61,700 nt of DNA from Harriotta raleighana (lineage: Eukaryota). The position numbers and the translations under genes are program-made. Below the pieces are notes generated by a model. That model ran no database searches. It saw only the letters and a program-made list of their open reading frames with translations, and was not told the DNA's origin. This document shows positions 48,471 through 60,959 of the stretch, in pieces. The stretch is taken from NCBI GenBank assembly GCA_050575255.1, contig JBNZDD010013636.1, positions 1,267,762-1,329,461 on the forward strand. Direction: 5' to 3'. Positions within the stretch are counted from its first letter, which is position 1. Every line of letters starts with the position of its first letter.

Positions 48471-48776
48471 GGTGTTTTCAGGACTAAAAACTAAAGCCTG
48501 TTTAATAAAATAATTTAAAAGACTTTCCTGGGCTATCTAAGAATCATGGATATGCACTTTGTGCTTCTTTGTTAGATACTGGCTTCAAAAATGTTTTCAA
48601 AGTAAATTTTAGTTAAAAGGAATGTTCTAGCAACTGGGAGCCAAAACATCTCACTGCGGTCAACTGGAAGACTGAGGGAGAAACCAGGGAGGAAGTTCAA
48701 TCCCAAACCTGCCATTAAAGGTAGATTTTAAAGTCATTTTTAACATGTGGTTTTTACATTATGTAGAGAGAGAGGG

Positions 48777-48979
48777 AGAAATTCCACCTGGTCTTTCTAG
48801 ATCTACTCCATTTATGTCACATTTCAGAGCATCCAGAATTTGGCAAATTCTTAAATTGTCAAGACAGTTTTTTGTAATGTTATTTTATAAAAACTACACT
48901 TTACTCAGTTCACAGTTACGGTTGAATTCAACAACTTGCTAAAATAATGAAACTTAATATAGACCCAGGTGGAAAATCT
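48777..48979. repeat. Foldback repeat copy
   Basis: Termini GAAATTCCACCTGGTCT / AGACCCAGGTGGAAAATCT; inner CAGAGCATCCAGAATTTGGCAAATTCTTAAATT. Confidence 0.7.
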
Positions 48980-50094
48980 AGCATTATATATATTTAGGAA
49001 AATCAGCAAATTTGACCACCATCCGTTTCAGAAGAATATTAGTCTGATGTGTGAATCATTTAAACAAAGTTTAAATGGGCTGTGGGATGTGACATTGAAT
49101 CTTAAAGTCTGGGCAGATTGCATGGTTGAGTCTCACTGCATGTTGTCCTGCGCTGGTTGAACTCAACTGCAGGTTCCTTTGAATTCCTACCATTAGCCCC
49201 AGTGTCCCTTGGAGTAAAGAGGAGCAAAAATCTACCAGGTTTTACCCGTATGGTTACTGTGTAGAACTGCTGAAGGTTTGTATGGGTTTAAACACATGAT
49301 TGGAAATGAAAAGAGAATAATTTGGGCTCTGATTTTTCTCCCTCCCTCAGATGAACTAGGCTGCCGATATCATCTCAGCTCACACATGAACAACCAGTTG
49401 GGTAAAATGTCAGCGGACTTTTGGGATATGTATAAATGTCAAAATCAGCACTTTTAGTTTGAAGGGTTATTATTAAAAACAAGGGAGAAACCATGCATTT
49501 CAGTTCTGATAAGAAAAATATGAGCTTGATTCTGGGCCATATTATAGTCAAAGTGACAATGCTATAATCAGATACGCAACTTTTCATTGCATTTTGAAAC
49601 CCATGAGACCTTAGTCAAATTCATGAGCTTATCAGATGTAAAAGGAAATGGCTCATTTCTGAGCTATGTAACAACCTCCAGCCATTGCCAGAATGTGACT
49701 CTTTTCACTTTACTGCCTTGGAGTAATGCCAGTTCAGTTTAAACACTATCAGCTGTGAACAGAAATAAAAGTGAATGAATGGAAGGGCCAGGCCTTCATG
49801 GAAATCAAACGGGTAACGTCTGGCTTTTCAAACAAGTGTTCTGGCTGCGAAGTCAGCAGCCTGCATTTCTAATGACTTTAAAAAAATATAAAAACAGCTC
49901 TGTACTCATGCATTAATTTAATGCAAACTAGTTAAACGCACTCAACTTAATGATATTGCTCAACACACTGGAACAATTTTAACTCTAACTCATATGTAAT
50001 CCAGGATTTGAACAGCAATATAACAATAGCTAACGGGAATGCGGAAAGTCTATTCTGCCTATCGAACATGTTTTTTCCACCATAGAAATGTACA

Positions 50095-50315
50095 AAAAGG
50101 AAGTGTAATGACTGTGTACAGTATTTTGTTGCCAAACAGCTATTTTGCACAGAGCAACGTCCTACAACCTGCTATGAAGTGAATGATCAATTTTAACTGG
50201 ATTGTTGACCAGTATACAGGAGAAACTCCTTTCTCTTTTTGAACAGTGCCATGGAATCTTTAACGTGAACCTAAAGTGGCAGACGAGACCTTAGATTAAT
50301 AAATCATCTGAAGGA
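50095..50315 (-). mobile_element. Old Deu-SINE fragment
   Basis: GGAGAAACTCC...GAACAGTGCCATGGAATCTTTAACGTGAACC...GGCAGACGAGACC. Confidence 0.7.
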
Positions 50316-50877
50316 TAAATAATAGAACTTTCAAAAAAAACTGTTGAGGACTCCTACAATTTCTATTCAATAATTGTGAGTCGAATTATCAGAAAAGTTA
50401 ATACAGATGTTTCAGAAGATCCATGCACACTGATTGTTAGAGAATGCTGTCTGCACAAGCAAATAGAGCAAGATATTTGGAGTCATAGTCATTGGGTCAA
50501 ATTCTGCAAAACAAATGCAGCTACTATGAAATGATGTTTGTTGGAAATTGTTTTCCAGCAAAACAGTAATGTAGCAACTATAATTTGCCAGAGCTTCTTG
50601 GGCCAACTGACCCTTGCAGAGGGAGTAAAGGAGTTCAGGAGCACTAGAAGCATTGCTCAGCATCACAAAAGGAGAGATTGACTGAAGGTGACGGATCAAG
50701 TCAACGTTGCTGGCCACTTCACACTTCACGCTGATAGGTTTCGAAAGCTTCTGGGGAGCTGAAAGCACAAACAGAAGATCAACAGATCAGGATACTGTAC
50801 ACAGTACCATTTCATAACCTTTGCATGTCTTATAAACAGGGACCCCACAATGCAGAGGGAAAGGAAGAACATACACA

Positions 50878-50940
50878 GCAACAACAAAATTACATGTATA
50901 GAGCGCCCTTCCTTCACGTCGGGAGGAAGTCCCAAGGCAC
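50878..50940 (-). mobile_element. L2 tail-only micro-insertion
   Basis: CAACAACAAAATTACATGTATAGAGCGCC..TTCACGTCGGGAGGAAGTCCCAAGGCAC. Confidence 0.85.
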
Positions 50941-51082
50941 CTCATTGCATAGCGGGATAGTGGAGGGCCAAGTCATGCCCAGCTATTGATGTCAGTGGAA
51001 GCTATAATCAAGACTATCAGCAATAATTTTCAGATGCCAGGAGGAATTTACTGTTAGTCAGTCAGGGTGCTCCAGGTCTTTA

Positions 51083-51410
51083 TAATAATAATAATCATCC
51101 TTGCATTTTGATAATAGCACTTTCCATGTCTTCTAGATATCCCGAAGCGTTTCACAGAATGTACTGTACAGTGAATTGACTGTATTTTTGTGGGTGAAAC
51201 ACGGCAGCCAATTGCACACAGCAGTATCCCACAAACAGTCGTGGATTGAAATGACCAATTTTATTATTGTGGTTTTTTTATTGAAGGGATTATGATTAGG
51301 CTTGTGGAGTAAGGAAATTTGCCCAATGTTTCGCCCTGACCTGCCTGGATTTGAACACAGGTCTCACCCCTTGTAAGCGAGTGCTCTAACCACTGAGCTG
51401 CAGGACTCCA
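51083..51410 (-). mobile_element. Young Deu-SINE, full length
   Basis: Antisense from tail to head, ending CTCTAACCACTGAGCTGCAGGACTCCA. Confidence 0.9.
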
Positions 51411-51689
51411 CGTATTAGTTGATAATGACTATAAAATTGTAATTCATCAATGACATGCTATTTCTGATCCACATAATAAAATTTAATAGGGAACCACAAA
51501 GTTAGTACTGAACCTTGTACATATGCTTTTCATTCATTTGTAACAGCCTCTCATTGTCCTCTTGTATCTGAGCTCCTACAGCATCACCAGTATCTTAGAA
51601 TCATATAATTATAATAATAATCCTTGCATTTGATAAAGCGCTTTTCACGTCTTCACAGAATATACTGTAAATTGAATTGACTATATTAT

Positions 51690-52400
51690 TTAGCATAGAA
51701 GGAGTTCATTCAGCGAGCGTGTTTGTACTAGCTCTTTGAAAATAGCTGTCTAAATCAATTCCACTCCCCTACTCACTCCCCATAGCCCTGCAAACTTGTC
51801 CTCCCTTAATCATTATTTATTTCTCTCTTAAAAATTGTTATCGAATTGGTTTCCACCACACTTTCAGACAATGCGTTCCAGATCCGAACAACTTTGCTTT
51901 AAAAATGTCACCTCCACTCTGCTCCTTTTAAACAACTATTTCAAATTGGTATCTCCGGGTTACCGACTCCAATCTCGCCAGTGGAAATCGTTTCTTCTTG
52001 TTCACCATATTGGATCCCTCATAATTTTGAAAACTTCTGATAAGTCTCCTCTTAATATTTCTTCTAGCTTCTCTAGCCTCTCCTAATAACTGAAGTCCCT
52101 CATTCCTGGTTCCATCTTGGAAAATCTCCTTTGCACCCTCTCCAATGCCTTCACTTTGCATTTATCCAAATGAAGCTTCATCTGCCGTTTGTCTACCCAT
52201 TTTTGCCAGTCTATCTACATCCTCTTGCAGTCTGCTACTAATTCTCCCCACTGTTTAATACTTTTCCTAGCTTTGTATCATCTTCAAACTTGGAAATTGT
52301 ACTCCCTATACCCAAGTCCAGGTCATTTATATAGATCATAAACAGCAGTGGTCCCGGGGAACACCACTCCACTGCACATTTCCCTCCAGTCAGAAAAACA
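51690..52400 (-). mobile_element. CR1 LINE fragment with internal deletion
   Basis: Minus ORF 52238..52441 GPLLFMIYINDLDLGIGSTISKFEDDTKLG (RT FADD motif mutated), joined to the ORF2 end and 3' UTR. Confidence 0.9.
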
Positions 52401-53225
52401 AACAGTTTGAGTGAGACCTTTGAGCTAGACGCCATTACCATTGCTTCCCAAGAGCCAGAGGGTTAGGAGGAGAAGGAATGGCATTAACATTCTCCTAACA
52501 CTATTAGTCCCTTTTCATAGTCCAACACTGATTCAAGCAGTACAGCTGACCTGTGCCATGCCGGACAAGACACCTCAGAGGGAAAGTCAGATGATGGGAC
52601 AGCAGGTGATGTAGCTCCAAGCAACGAAGGCTCAGGAATGTTTTGCTTCACAGTGAACCACTTTCATATGTATTAAGGTACCTGGAAGTACAGCAGCTTC
52701 AATGCATTCTTGGGATAAGTAGAGGATGAGAAGGTAAGGCTAATGATCTCCATTTCCTCATTTCTGCCCTGCTATCCTGGAAACATACCATTATACACAT
52801 CCCAGATGTACTAAGCTAGGCCACTGAGCACACAGTGAGGCATCAATTGTTGGGAGGTTAGGAAGAGGAAACAGACAGCATAGCTTAACGATGACTGGCA
52901 CATTGCTATGTATGTAAATATTATACTTTTAATATTATTTAACTTTATTATCATTATTTTTGACAACAACTGTTGTCCTTGGTTTTTTGTTTGCTCTACA
53001 AATTCTTATTTCCTGCAGGATTACTAACATAAGAGTAACGCATTATTTTTTCATTCAGCCTCCCAAGTTATGGCTCAGAAATAAATTGACATCAGTAATG
53101 TTTAGTACATACTTTTGACCTCTCAGTTATTATAGCTACAGAATCACTAGGTGGAAAAGCCATAAGAATCATTTATCCTATATTGGCAGAAAACAGGCCA
53201 GTTCAGCTCTATGTTATAAAAAATA

Positions 53226-53372
53226 CAGTAATACCTTGTTTAACCGGCTAAGTGCGCATGCGTGCAAAGTGAGCAAACTCGTGATTCTGCAATGGGGAAT
53301 TGCCCCGGGAGGGGGTTGAGCAATTGAATCGGGTTACGGTTGATCGGGTCACGGATGAACGAGGTTTTACTG
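53226..53372. mobile_element. Tigger-like MITE, 147 bp
   Basis: TIRs CAGTAATACCTTGTTTAACCG and (reverse complement) CAGTAAAACCTCGTTCATCCG match at 17/21, with TA on both sides. Confidence 0.88.
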
Positions 53373-54029
53373 TATACACATAGAACAGTACAGTAATTGG
53401 GAAACTGAGAATGGGACTGTTGGAGTAGTTAATCTGTTAAATCGGTGCTTATTAAGGGGGAAATACTAGATACTAGTTCTGTTCAAGTGCAACTGGCTGC
53501 TGACTGAGATGGTCCCAACGAGGGTCTTGTGTAGATGTTCTGTTTTGAACTAACCCAGAGGACTCAATTATTTTAGAGAAGTCCAGTCTGATCAGTTATA
53601 AGGCAGTAATTGGGGGTCTAAAAGGCAAGATAACAGAGTGTGTGAGTGTGGTCACTCGTCGGCACCTGTGAGGTTGTCAGGATTGCTACTGATCTCACAG
53701 ACATCCCACCATGCCTGCATGCTGTGCACCAAACACTAGCCAGTCAACTGTTCTCTCCAGCATTTGTGGTGATTGCAGGGAGCACTGCAGATGTCTGGAG
53801 GCCCTCTGCACTGGCACACAGTGCACAGGACACTCATCAGTCAGTGCCTGAAGAGAAGCAATATGCAGCACTTCAGTATTCATCAGATCCACGGTGTTCA
53901 TGCATTACATCCATCCCACAGCATAGTGAATCGCACTGTAACAGGGTTGGACTGTATGCAGATGCAACACAAAAGCACTCTGTGCACCAGCAATAATTTT
54001 TTTACCGTGTTATTATACTGTTATGACAC

Positions 54030-54520
54030 ATTGGCAGCACTCTTGGCTCTGAATCAGAAGGTTGCTTCATCTTGGGACATCCTCCTGACATGAAAGGTGC
54101 TTTAGAAGTGTAATTTTGTTGTTTTTGTTGTTGTAGAATCAAGTCCCAAGTTGGGCCTTGGAATCACAAGTCTAGGCTGACACTCCAATGAAGTGCTGGG
54201 AGGGTTGTTGCCTTGTTGGAGATGCCATCCTTTGAATGAAACATTAAATCGATGTTCCATGTGCATGTTCAAGTGGATTGTCATGATCCCATGGTATTAT
54301 TTGAAAAGAGAAGGAAGTTTCACCCAGTGTCTTGGCAAATAAATCCCCCAAATCAAATTGGTCACTCAGTCAGACACTGCTGTGTGCGAACTGGCTTCTG
54401 CATTACTGTACTCTCACACAATACACACTCAATCCATTTCACAATATATCCTGCGAAGCACTTTCAGACATCTCGATGACATGAAAAGACACTATATCAA
54501 ATGTAAGGATTATTTTATTT
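54030..54520 (+). mobile_element. Old long Deu-SINE, full length, with an L2 tail insertion at 54071-54134
   Basis: Head TTGGCAGCACTCTTGGCTCTGAATCAGAAGGTTG..TCAAGTCCCA, GATCCCATGGTATTATTTGAA, and tail CTATATCAAATGTAAGGATT. Confidence 0.85.
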
Positions 54521-54883
54521 CTAAACCTGCTACAAATGGATTTTAGTGCAGTCACTGCTAATCGGTGAACAAAAATCTCAGCAGAAGCAAGTTTTATAAT
54601 GAATAACAGTTCTCATTGACATTATGAATAAGAAAATTGAAAAGCAGAACAACTCACCAATGTTTCTTGTCCCAGTTGATCAAGGAATTTTGTATTTAAT
54701 TCCCCCTAAAGAATATTTTAAATAATGAAGGGGAATTAACAAACTGGAGAGGACATGCCTTTTCCCTTTTTTAGTGGAATCTACAGCAAGGTCAGAGTCT
54801 TAAAATTAGAGCCGAGCCGAGCCAGTTAAAGATGCAATCAGATTCAAAAAATAACCCAAGGGTTATGAGAATTTGTGGAGTAA

Positions 54884-55030
54884 CATTCCACCTGGGATTA
54901 GATTTATTCTATTAATATAGCATATCATAGTGTGCAGACTGTCAGATTGTGGAGTTCAGTTTCAATTTTGAAGCCTGTTTACTGTGTTCCTTTAAATGGA
55001 TTGAAAACCCAGCTTTATAACTGCTCTATG
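54884..55030. repeat. Foldback repeat, left half (degenerate)
   Basis: ATTCCACCTGGGATTAGATTTATTCTATT is the reverse complement of the terminus type at 27815-27846 and 19030-19057. Confidence 0.5.
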
Positions 55031-56748
55031 CTCTAGATATATCTGTTGAATAACATGAGAAGAATATAAAGTTGAACATGATAAGGCAGATGCTATATCA
55101 AATACAAGGATTGTTATTGGTGTAAAATTGGTGGTTTAGTCAGGTTTGTACAGAAAGTTAAGAACAATTGTGATGTTTGGCTATTCTGAAAATTTGAAAA
55201 AAAAACATGTACTATAATGTTCCGTAGAATAAACTATGAATCCCATAGGAATAGCTTGGCAACAATATAATAAAAATAAGGCCTGAAGAGACAGAATGGG
55301 GTGAACCTAATAAGATTATAAACACGGCTAGATGCCTTCATTTTCAATATTGCCTGAAGCTGGTACAAAGTAATCATGAGTAAGTAAGATTTGACAAATA
55401 CCGAAAGTAATTAATTGTTTAATACAGTATATAGGTATTAAAAGACATACTGCATTAAAAGAGACTTAAAGTTTATAAACCATCAGGATTATCTACACCC
55501 AGGAGAGTAAGACATTTGAGGAGAAAATAATAGGAATTCTGTCTGTAATGTTTCTAAATGCTTTAACAAGGGCGGGTATCAAATGACCGGAAGGTGGCAA
55601 ATGGAAGAGTGACAAAATGGTTCATTTCCGGGTTGTTAAATTGCTGCTGACATCACGTCCTGTTTGAGTTATTAAAAGCATACAAGTTCCCACCTGATGA
55701 AATCCTATTATAATAAAGTCGTCTAGGTTCAATATCTCAGGCCCACCTTCTCATTATAAGAAAGGGATAGGCAAATGATAATAATCCTTTTGCATTTGAT
55801 AGAGCATCTAACAGGATTGATTGTATAGTTATAGTAACACTGCATTTTGTAGGTGAATGCAGCAATCAAGTTAGACTCAACAATATCCCATCAACAGCTG
55901 TGAAGTGGAGGCTCACATTAGCAAACCACTACAGACCATAATAAGGGATGATATAAAATAATGATTCTATGTCACGTTTGATACTCTAATATTGCAAAAA
56001 TAAATCAAGTGAAAGGCATTTCTTTAACACACCGCAATACAGCACCCACCTCAATCAAGGGCCCTGTGGATGTCAAATCTATTCTGAAATACTGTTGCAG
56101 TGTTTGACAGTTCATTGAGACGTATTGACACTTTGAGGGAGCACTGTTGTGCATAGAGTGACACAACCATTTCTACTTATACAGCGCTAATATAATAAAT
56201 TGATACTGTGGTTAAAAAAAGTCATATTTCAGATCTTTGGGTAGACAAAAGTCAGCACTGTCTGGAAAACACACTTCCTGCAGAGGTTGCAGAATCTGAC
56301 TTCCCTTATACCCCAGCCCATCCTGCTTGGTTACAAAACACTGTGACGGGACAGGAACATCAGATTGGTTATATGGGAGTTAAACATGTGGAAATTACGT
56401 GCCCAGAAGGGAAAACCCAACAAAGGAGAACTGTTCGCTGAACAGATGTGTGATGTTACGAAATAAACCCCAATTTTGTTTCCTTCAAATTCGGATTTTA
56501 TAATCTTGCTTCACATGAGATGGAACAGTTTTGAAAAAGCAGTAAGGGTATTTTTGTTTGAAATGTGCAAAGCTACAAAGATACAGTTCAGATGTATAGA
56601 CTATACATATTAGAACTGTATCCATGTGCTTTCAGTGCTAGTCCATTGTACTTAAACCTCACCCAGATTTAAAACCTCACCCTCACTCAAACCATTTGCA
56701 CAGTTGTAAAACTAATCATTGTATCTGCACGAATGAATAGCTCACAAT

Positions 56749-56810
56749 CAACAACAACAACTTTGATTTATATAGCACCCTCCATGCCGGACAGCGTCTC
56801 AGAGCACTTA
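56749..56810 (-). mobile_element. Tail-only insertion of the second L2 subfamily
   Basis: CAACAACAACTTTGATTTATATAGCACCCTCCATGCCGGACAGCGTCTCAGAGCACTT matches the tail at 1988-2050. Confidence 0.8.
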
Positions 56811-57342
56811 ATCACACAGTAAGGAATGGTGTGACTGCTTTAAAAATGGGTGCAAATAAAATATATGTAGTGTTTCTTTTCTGCAAAGCAGGCGCGGTGT
56901 GGAAGTGTTACCCTTTTACTCCCAAGAATTTCAAGAATGCCCATTATTTTGAATGGGATCTAGCCAGCTGGTTTTGGCTCGATTCGTCAGGAAAAAGCAC
57001 GCGTTGACTTTTCTCAATGCATAGCGAGTCCTTTATAAGTAATATTGGCAAAACATTCAGTTTCAGTATGTAAAGTGCTTGTATTTCATCGTTTTACTCA
57101 AAATATATAAAGGAAATGTTAATTTACTGGAATTGAAGGATGATCTTAGTCAACTTGAAATAGTAAACGCTACAAAAGGTGCCTGTTAGCAGAGAAGAAA
57201 GCAAGGATTTGAATATGATTTAAGACTTCCAGCCAATGCAAAGGTGCTGCCATCAAAGCCGTTACCTACTATGTTTCCTTCAATAGTGTTTGGCTATAAA
57301 ATAAATTAATTTTAACCTTGCATAGATCACTAATGAGGCCAA

Positions 57343-57400
57343 ACCTTGGGACGTCCTCCCAACATGAAAGGCTCTTTATCAATGTAATTTTGATTGGTTG
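57343..57400 (+). mobile_element. L2 tail-only micro-insertion
   Basis: CCTTGGGACGTCCTCCCAACATGAAAGGCTCTTTATCAATGTAATTTTG. Confidence 0.8.
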
Positions 57401-57802
57401 ATTGATACCTGCAATATTTAGGTGTAATATCCTACCAATGTGAAAGGCAATTTGCTGTTGTAATAGGTATAATGGTTGAGTTGACCTGATATTATATGAA
57501 TCCATTTTGTAAGGGAGAGATCTGCAGAATGGCAGTTTTAAAGGCTCTGTGGGATGGCTCAATGACTGCCTAAAGTGGCTTTGATCAGATTACAATAGAA
57601 TTTGGATGAGGCTGTCTTTTTTTGACAATTGGATCTTGCTTGATTTCATTTCTGTTTTTCCAGATGTTCTGGTTAATAATCCACCAGATTAAATTGGCCA
57701 TTCATTGCATGTTTGTGGGAGATTGCTGTGTGCAAATTGACTGTTGGGTTCATCTACCTAATACACAGTCAGCACACTTTGTAAAAAACATTACATTTGA
57801 TT

Positions 57803-58359
57803 CCTCAGCTGGAAAACTGTGTACAATTCTGGTCACCACTCTTTAGGAAGAATGTTAAGGCATTGGAAAGGGTGCAGAGGAGATTTACTAGAATGGTACC
57901 AGGAATGAGGGACTTCAGCTATGAGAAAAGGCTAGAGAGGCTAGGTTTATTCTCATTAGAACAGAGAAGGTTGCGAGGAGACCTAATAGAGGTTCTTAAG
58001 GTCATGAGGGGATTCGACAGAGTAGATAGGGAAAAACTGTTTCCACTGGTGGGAGTATCAGTGACTTGTGGTCACAGATTAAAAAAAGTTTTAAAAAGAA
58101 GCAGTGAGGAGGTGAGGATAAATGTTTTCACTCAGTGAGTTGTTTGAACCTGGAATGCATTGCCTGAAAAGGTGGTGGAGGCCAATTCGATAACAACTTT
58201 TAAAAGAGAGGTAGACGTTTATTTGGGGAGTACGGGTTTGCGAGGTTATGGGGAGAGAGCTGGGGAGTGGGATTAAATTGCTCTTTTTAAAGAACCGGCA
58301 CAGACTCGATGGGCCAAATGGCCTCCTTTTGTGCTGTAAGATTCTATGATTCTATGATT
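57803..58359 (+). mobile_element. CR1 LINE, 5'-truncated, same subfamily as 17368-17993
   Basis: ORF 57797 PQLENCVQFWSPLFRKNVKALERVQRRFTRMVPG...; tail ATTCTATGATTCTATGATT. Confidence 0.95.
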
Positions 58360-59494
58360 ATGGTGCATATCAATTTGGGAGTGGTTCATAGGATGTTTCC
58401 TGTAGTGACTGCATATTTTGTTTGGTAAAAGCTGACAGAAGTTGTCAAACTATTGAATTCCTTGTAAATTTCAAGGTTGGTTCCATGCAGTTCTTAAAAG
58501 AATTTACAGGTAACCAGCATTAAAATTAAAATTGCAGGTACGGATTTGACAAATTTTAAACTGCTATGAACTGCTAAACCAATTGAGTAAACTTACACTT
58601 GGACAGAATGTGTGCTCTAGAGTTTACAAGGTACCAAGAATATAACACAAATCATTTTTTAGAAATATTAGTGGCTTTTCATAATGCTGTTGATGTAAGA
58701 GTTTGAATCATAATGATTATATTGAATGCATTCTAAAATACTGCATATTTGTTTTCAATTCTAAATTATCACCAGTTTGCATTTGAAATAGTGCCTTCCC
58801 TGTTTAGGAAAATTGATCCTCTCTCACATTGTCTTTGCCCAAATAAATCTCCACTCTGAAAGTTGCCCCGATTACATAGATTGGCATTTGAGTGCAATTA
58901 TATGATGATACGCTAATGAATCAAATCTGTATCCTGTGAAGCAGCATACAAAATTCCACATGAAAGAATGGTTGTGGGTGGGAAGTAAAACAGGGAGATT
59001 ACCACATGAGAGGGAATGAACAATAGTATACAAGTGATAGAGAAGGCATAAAAAGACACATAATCAAGAATTAAGGCTTGCAACAAATATGAAACCCACG
59101 AAAAACACAACAATAGTGAACAAATAAGTACTATTTAAAAATATTTCACCTGTAAAATACATAGTAAATCTAATTCACACTAAGGGCTTCAAGATATCTC
59201 AATGACTTGATAAGGCGCTATTTCAAATGCAAATACAGTACTGTATTATTATTATAGGGTATGATGTCTTCATAGTCAACACATTTGGGGAAATGTTTCT
59301 AGTTTGTTGCCTGGTTACGCTGAAATTTCAGTTATTCCTCCCTGGTAAATATCGTTAGTTATTTAAACACAGAATAACCAGTTGAGTTCAGTTGAATAAC
59401 CAAGCACTATTTTGTTACAATGGAGAATGTCAGGCTTTAAACTATCCTTCTTGAAGAACAACTTTATGTGAAGGATGTCAGGCAAGGACAATTC

Positions 59495-59825
59495 CTGTGA
59501 CTCCTCTTTCCATAGGCTGCAGATCATCCAGAACTCTGCAGCCCATCTCCTCTCCTGCACCAGGCTCCTCAACCCTATCACCCCCATTGTTCCCTGCTTC
59601 TCTCACTCCACCATTGGCGGGCAGGCCTTCAGCCACCCTCTGGAACTCCATCCCGTAATTTCTCCACCTTACCCCCTCCCTTGCTTCCTTTAACACCCAT
59701 TTCTCTTGACCGTACTTTCATCACTCTCCTTCTCCCCCTACCCCTCAACCTCTCAATCCCAACCCTTAGCTCAGCTCTCCATAGAACGCTTCAAGATACA
59801 CAAATGCAATTTTTTTTGTTATTGG
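59495..59825 (+). mobile_element. L2 3' fragment, internally deleted
   Basis: ORF 59475 HRLQIIQNSAAHLLSCT...PITP...IGGQAFS. Confidence 0.8.
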
Positions 59826-60737
59826 TAAGTGTTAACATATGAAATCATATTAATTGTTCTTGCAATTGATACAGCATACTTCACATCAGGAGGCATCTCA
59901 AAACGCTTCATAAGATTTATTATCAATTACTTTGTAAGTGAACCATTAACACCATTTTGTAGGCCTAGATAGGCAATAGTCTGAATGGACTTCTGAACTG
60001 TATAAGTCTATGGTTCTAGATCGAACAGGATGACTTTCATCCTCCTAGCCAGGCAGTACTCAAGACGTTGATTGGCTTAACTGGCAGAATGGTGCACTTT
60101 CAGTACTTAAAAGTAAAGGCAGAATAAAGCAGGCTCCATCATCAGTCAAAATCTAGCAAACCTCCAAACAATCTGTTACAGGAAGCTGCTTTAGAAAGAT
60201 TATTTGCCGGTCCCTGGTTGCAGACCTTAACTGTCAGTATTCAATTTACAACAGCAAATAAAAGAGGAACTATGGTAGATGAGCAGTCAAGTGTGTCATC
60301 GTATGGTTACTGTCTGGAAGATCTAACACTCTCATTATATTACAATTACTGGAAGAATTCAAATTGTTGAAATTATGGGGAAAATGTAGTATTTCTTGTG
60401 ATATTTAGCACCTGTGATTATTATCATATCACACAACTACCTCCCATCTCCAGAGTCATTGAGGAAGACCATTTTAAGTTTGCACAAAATTATGGAACAT
60501 TCTTAAATGCAGTCTCAAAAAAAAAGGCTTCAAAATTTCTTTACTGGATTTAAGAATGTTTTGCAATTGCAAATAATCCTACACTCAGAGGCTTGGCCTT
60601 GGTGGAATTTCAAGCCTTACATGTTTTATCTATTTGCCTTATTGGGGTGTAGCAGTGATTGTTTTTGCAAACAGTGAGGCTCTCTGTAAATCCCGATTCT
60701 GTGACATTGAACGTTTGAATGGAGCCAGTTCCAATTA

Positions 60738-60900
60738 CAAGTAAAAGCTTGTTTATCCGGCACCCTCGGGACCTAACCGGTGGCGGTTAATTAAATATGC
60801 TGGATATTCGAGCGGCAAGTGCCGAAAATCCTACACAAAAAATTAACTTATTTTAAAACATACCATATTAATAATACCATATTGTAATAATTGACATTAC
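60738..60900. mobile_element. One end of the Tigger-like family seen at 16834-18085
   Basis: TA then CAAGTAAAAGCTTGTTTATCCGGCACCCTCGG; CATACCATATTAATAATA is the reverse complement of sequence at ~17305-17322. Confidence 0.7.
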
Positions 60901-60959
60901 AGTCAAATCCGTCAGTTATTATCAATTTACATTTGTAAAATAATTTCAAGTGTTATGTT

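Noticed and set aside
50412-50768. 118 aa minus-strand ORF
   Set aside because: No recognisable motif or convincing splice sites; such lengths can occur by chance across six frames of 60 kb.
53646-54093. Overlapping ORFs of 116 and 106 aa
   Set aside because: Open in several frames and both strands, which suggests composition or an old repeat; no homology recognised.
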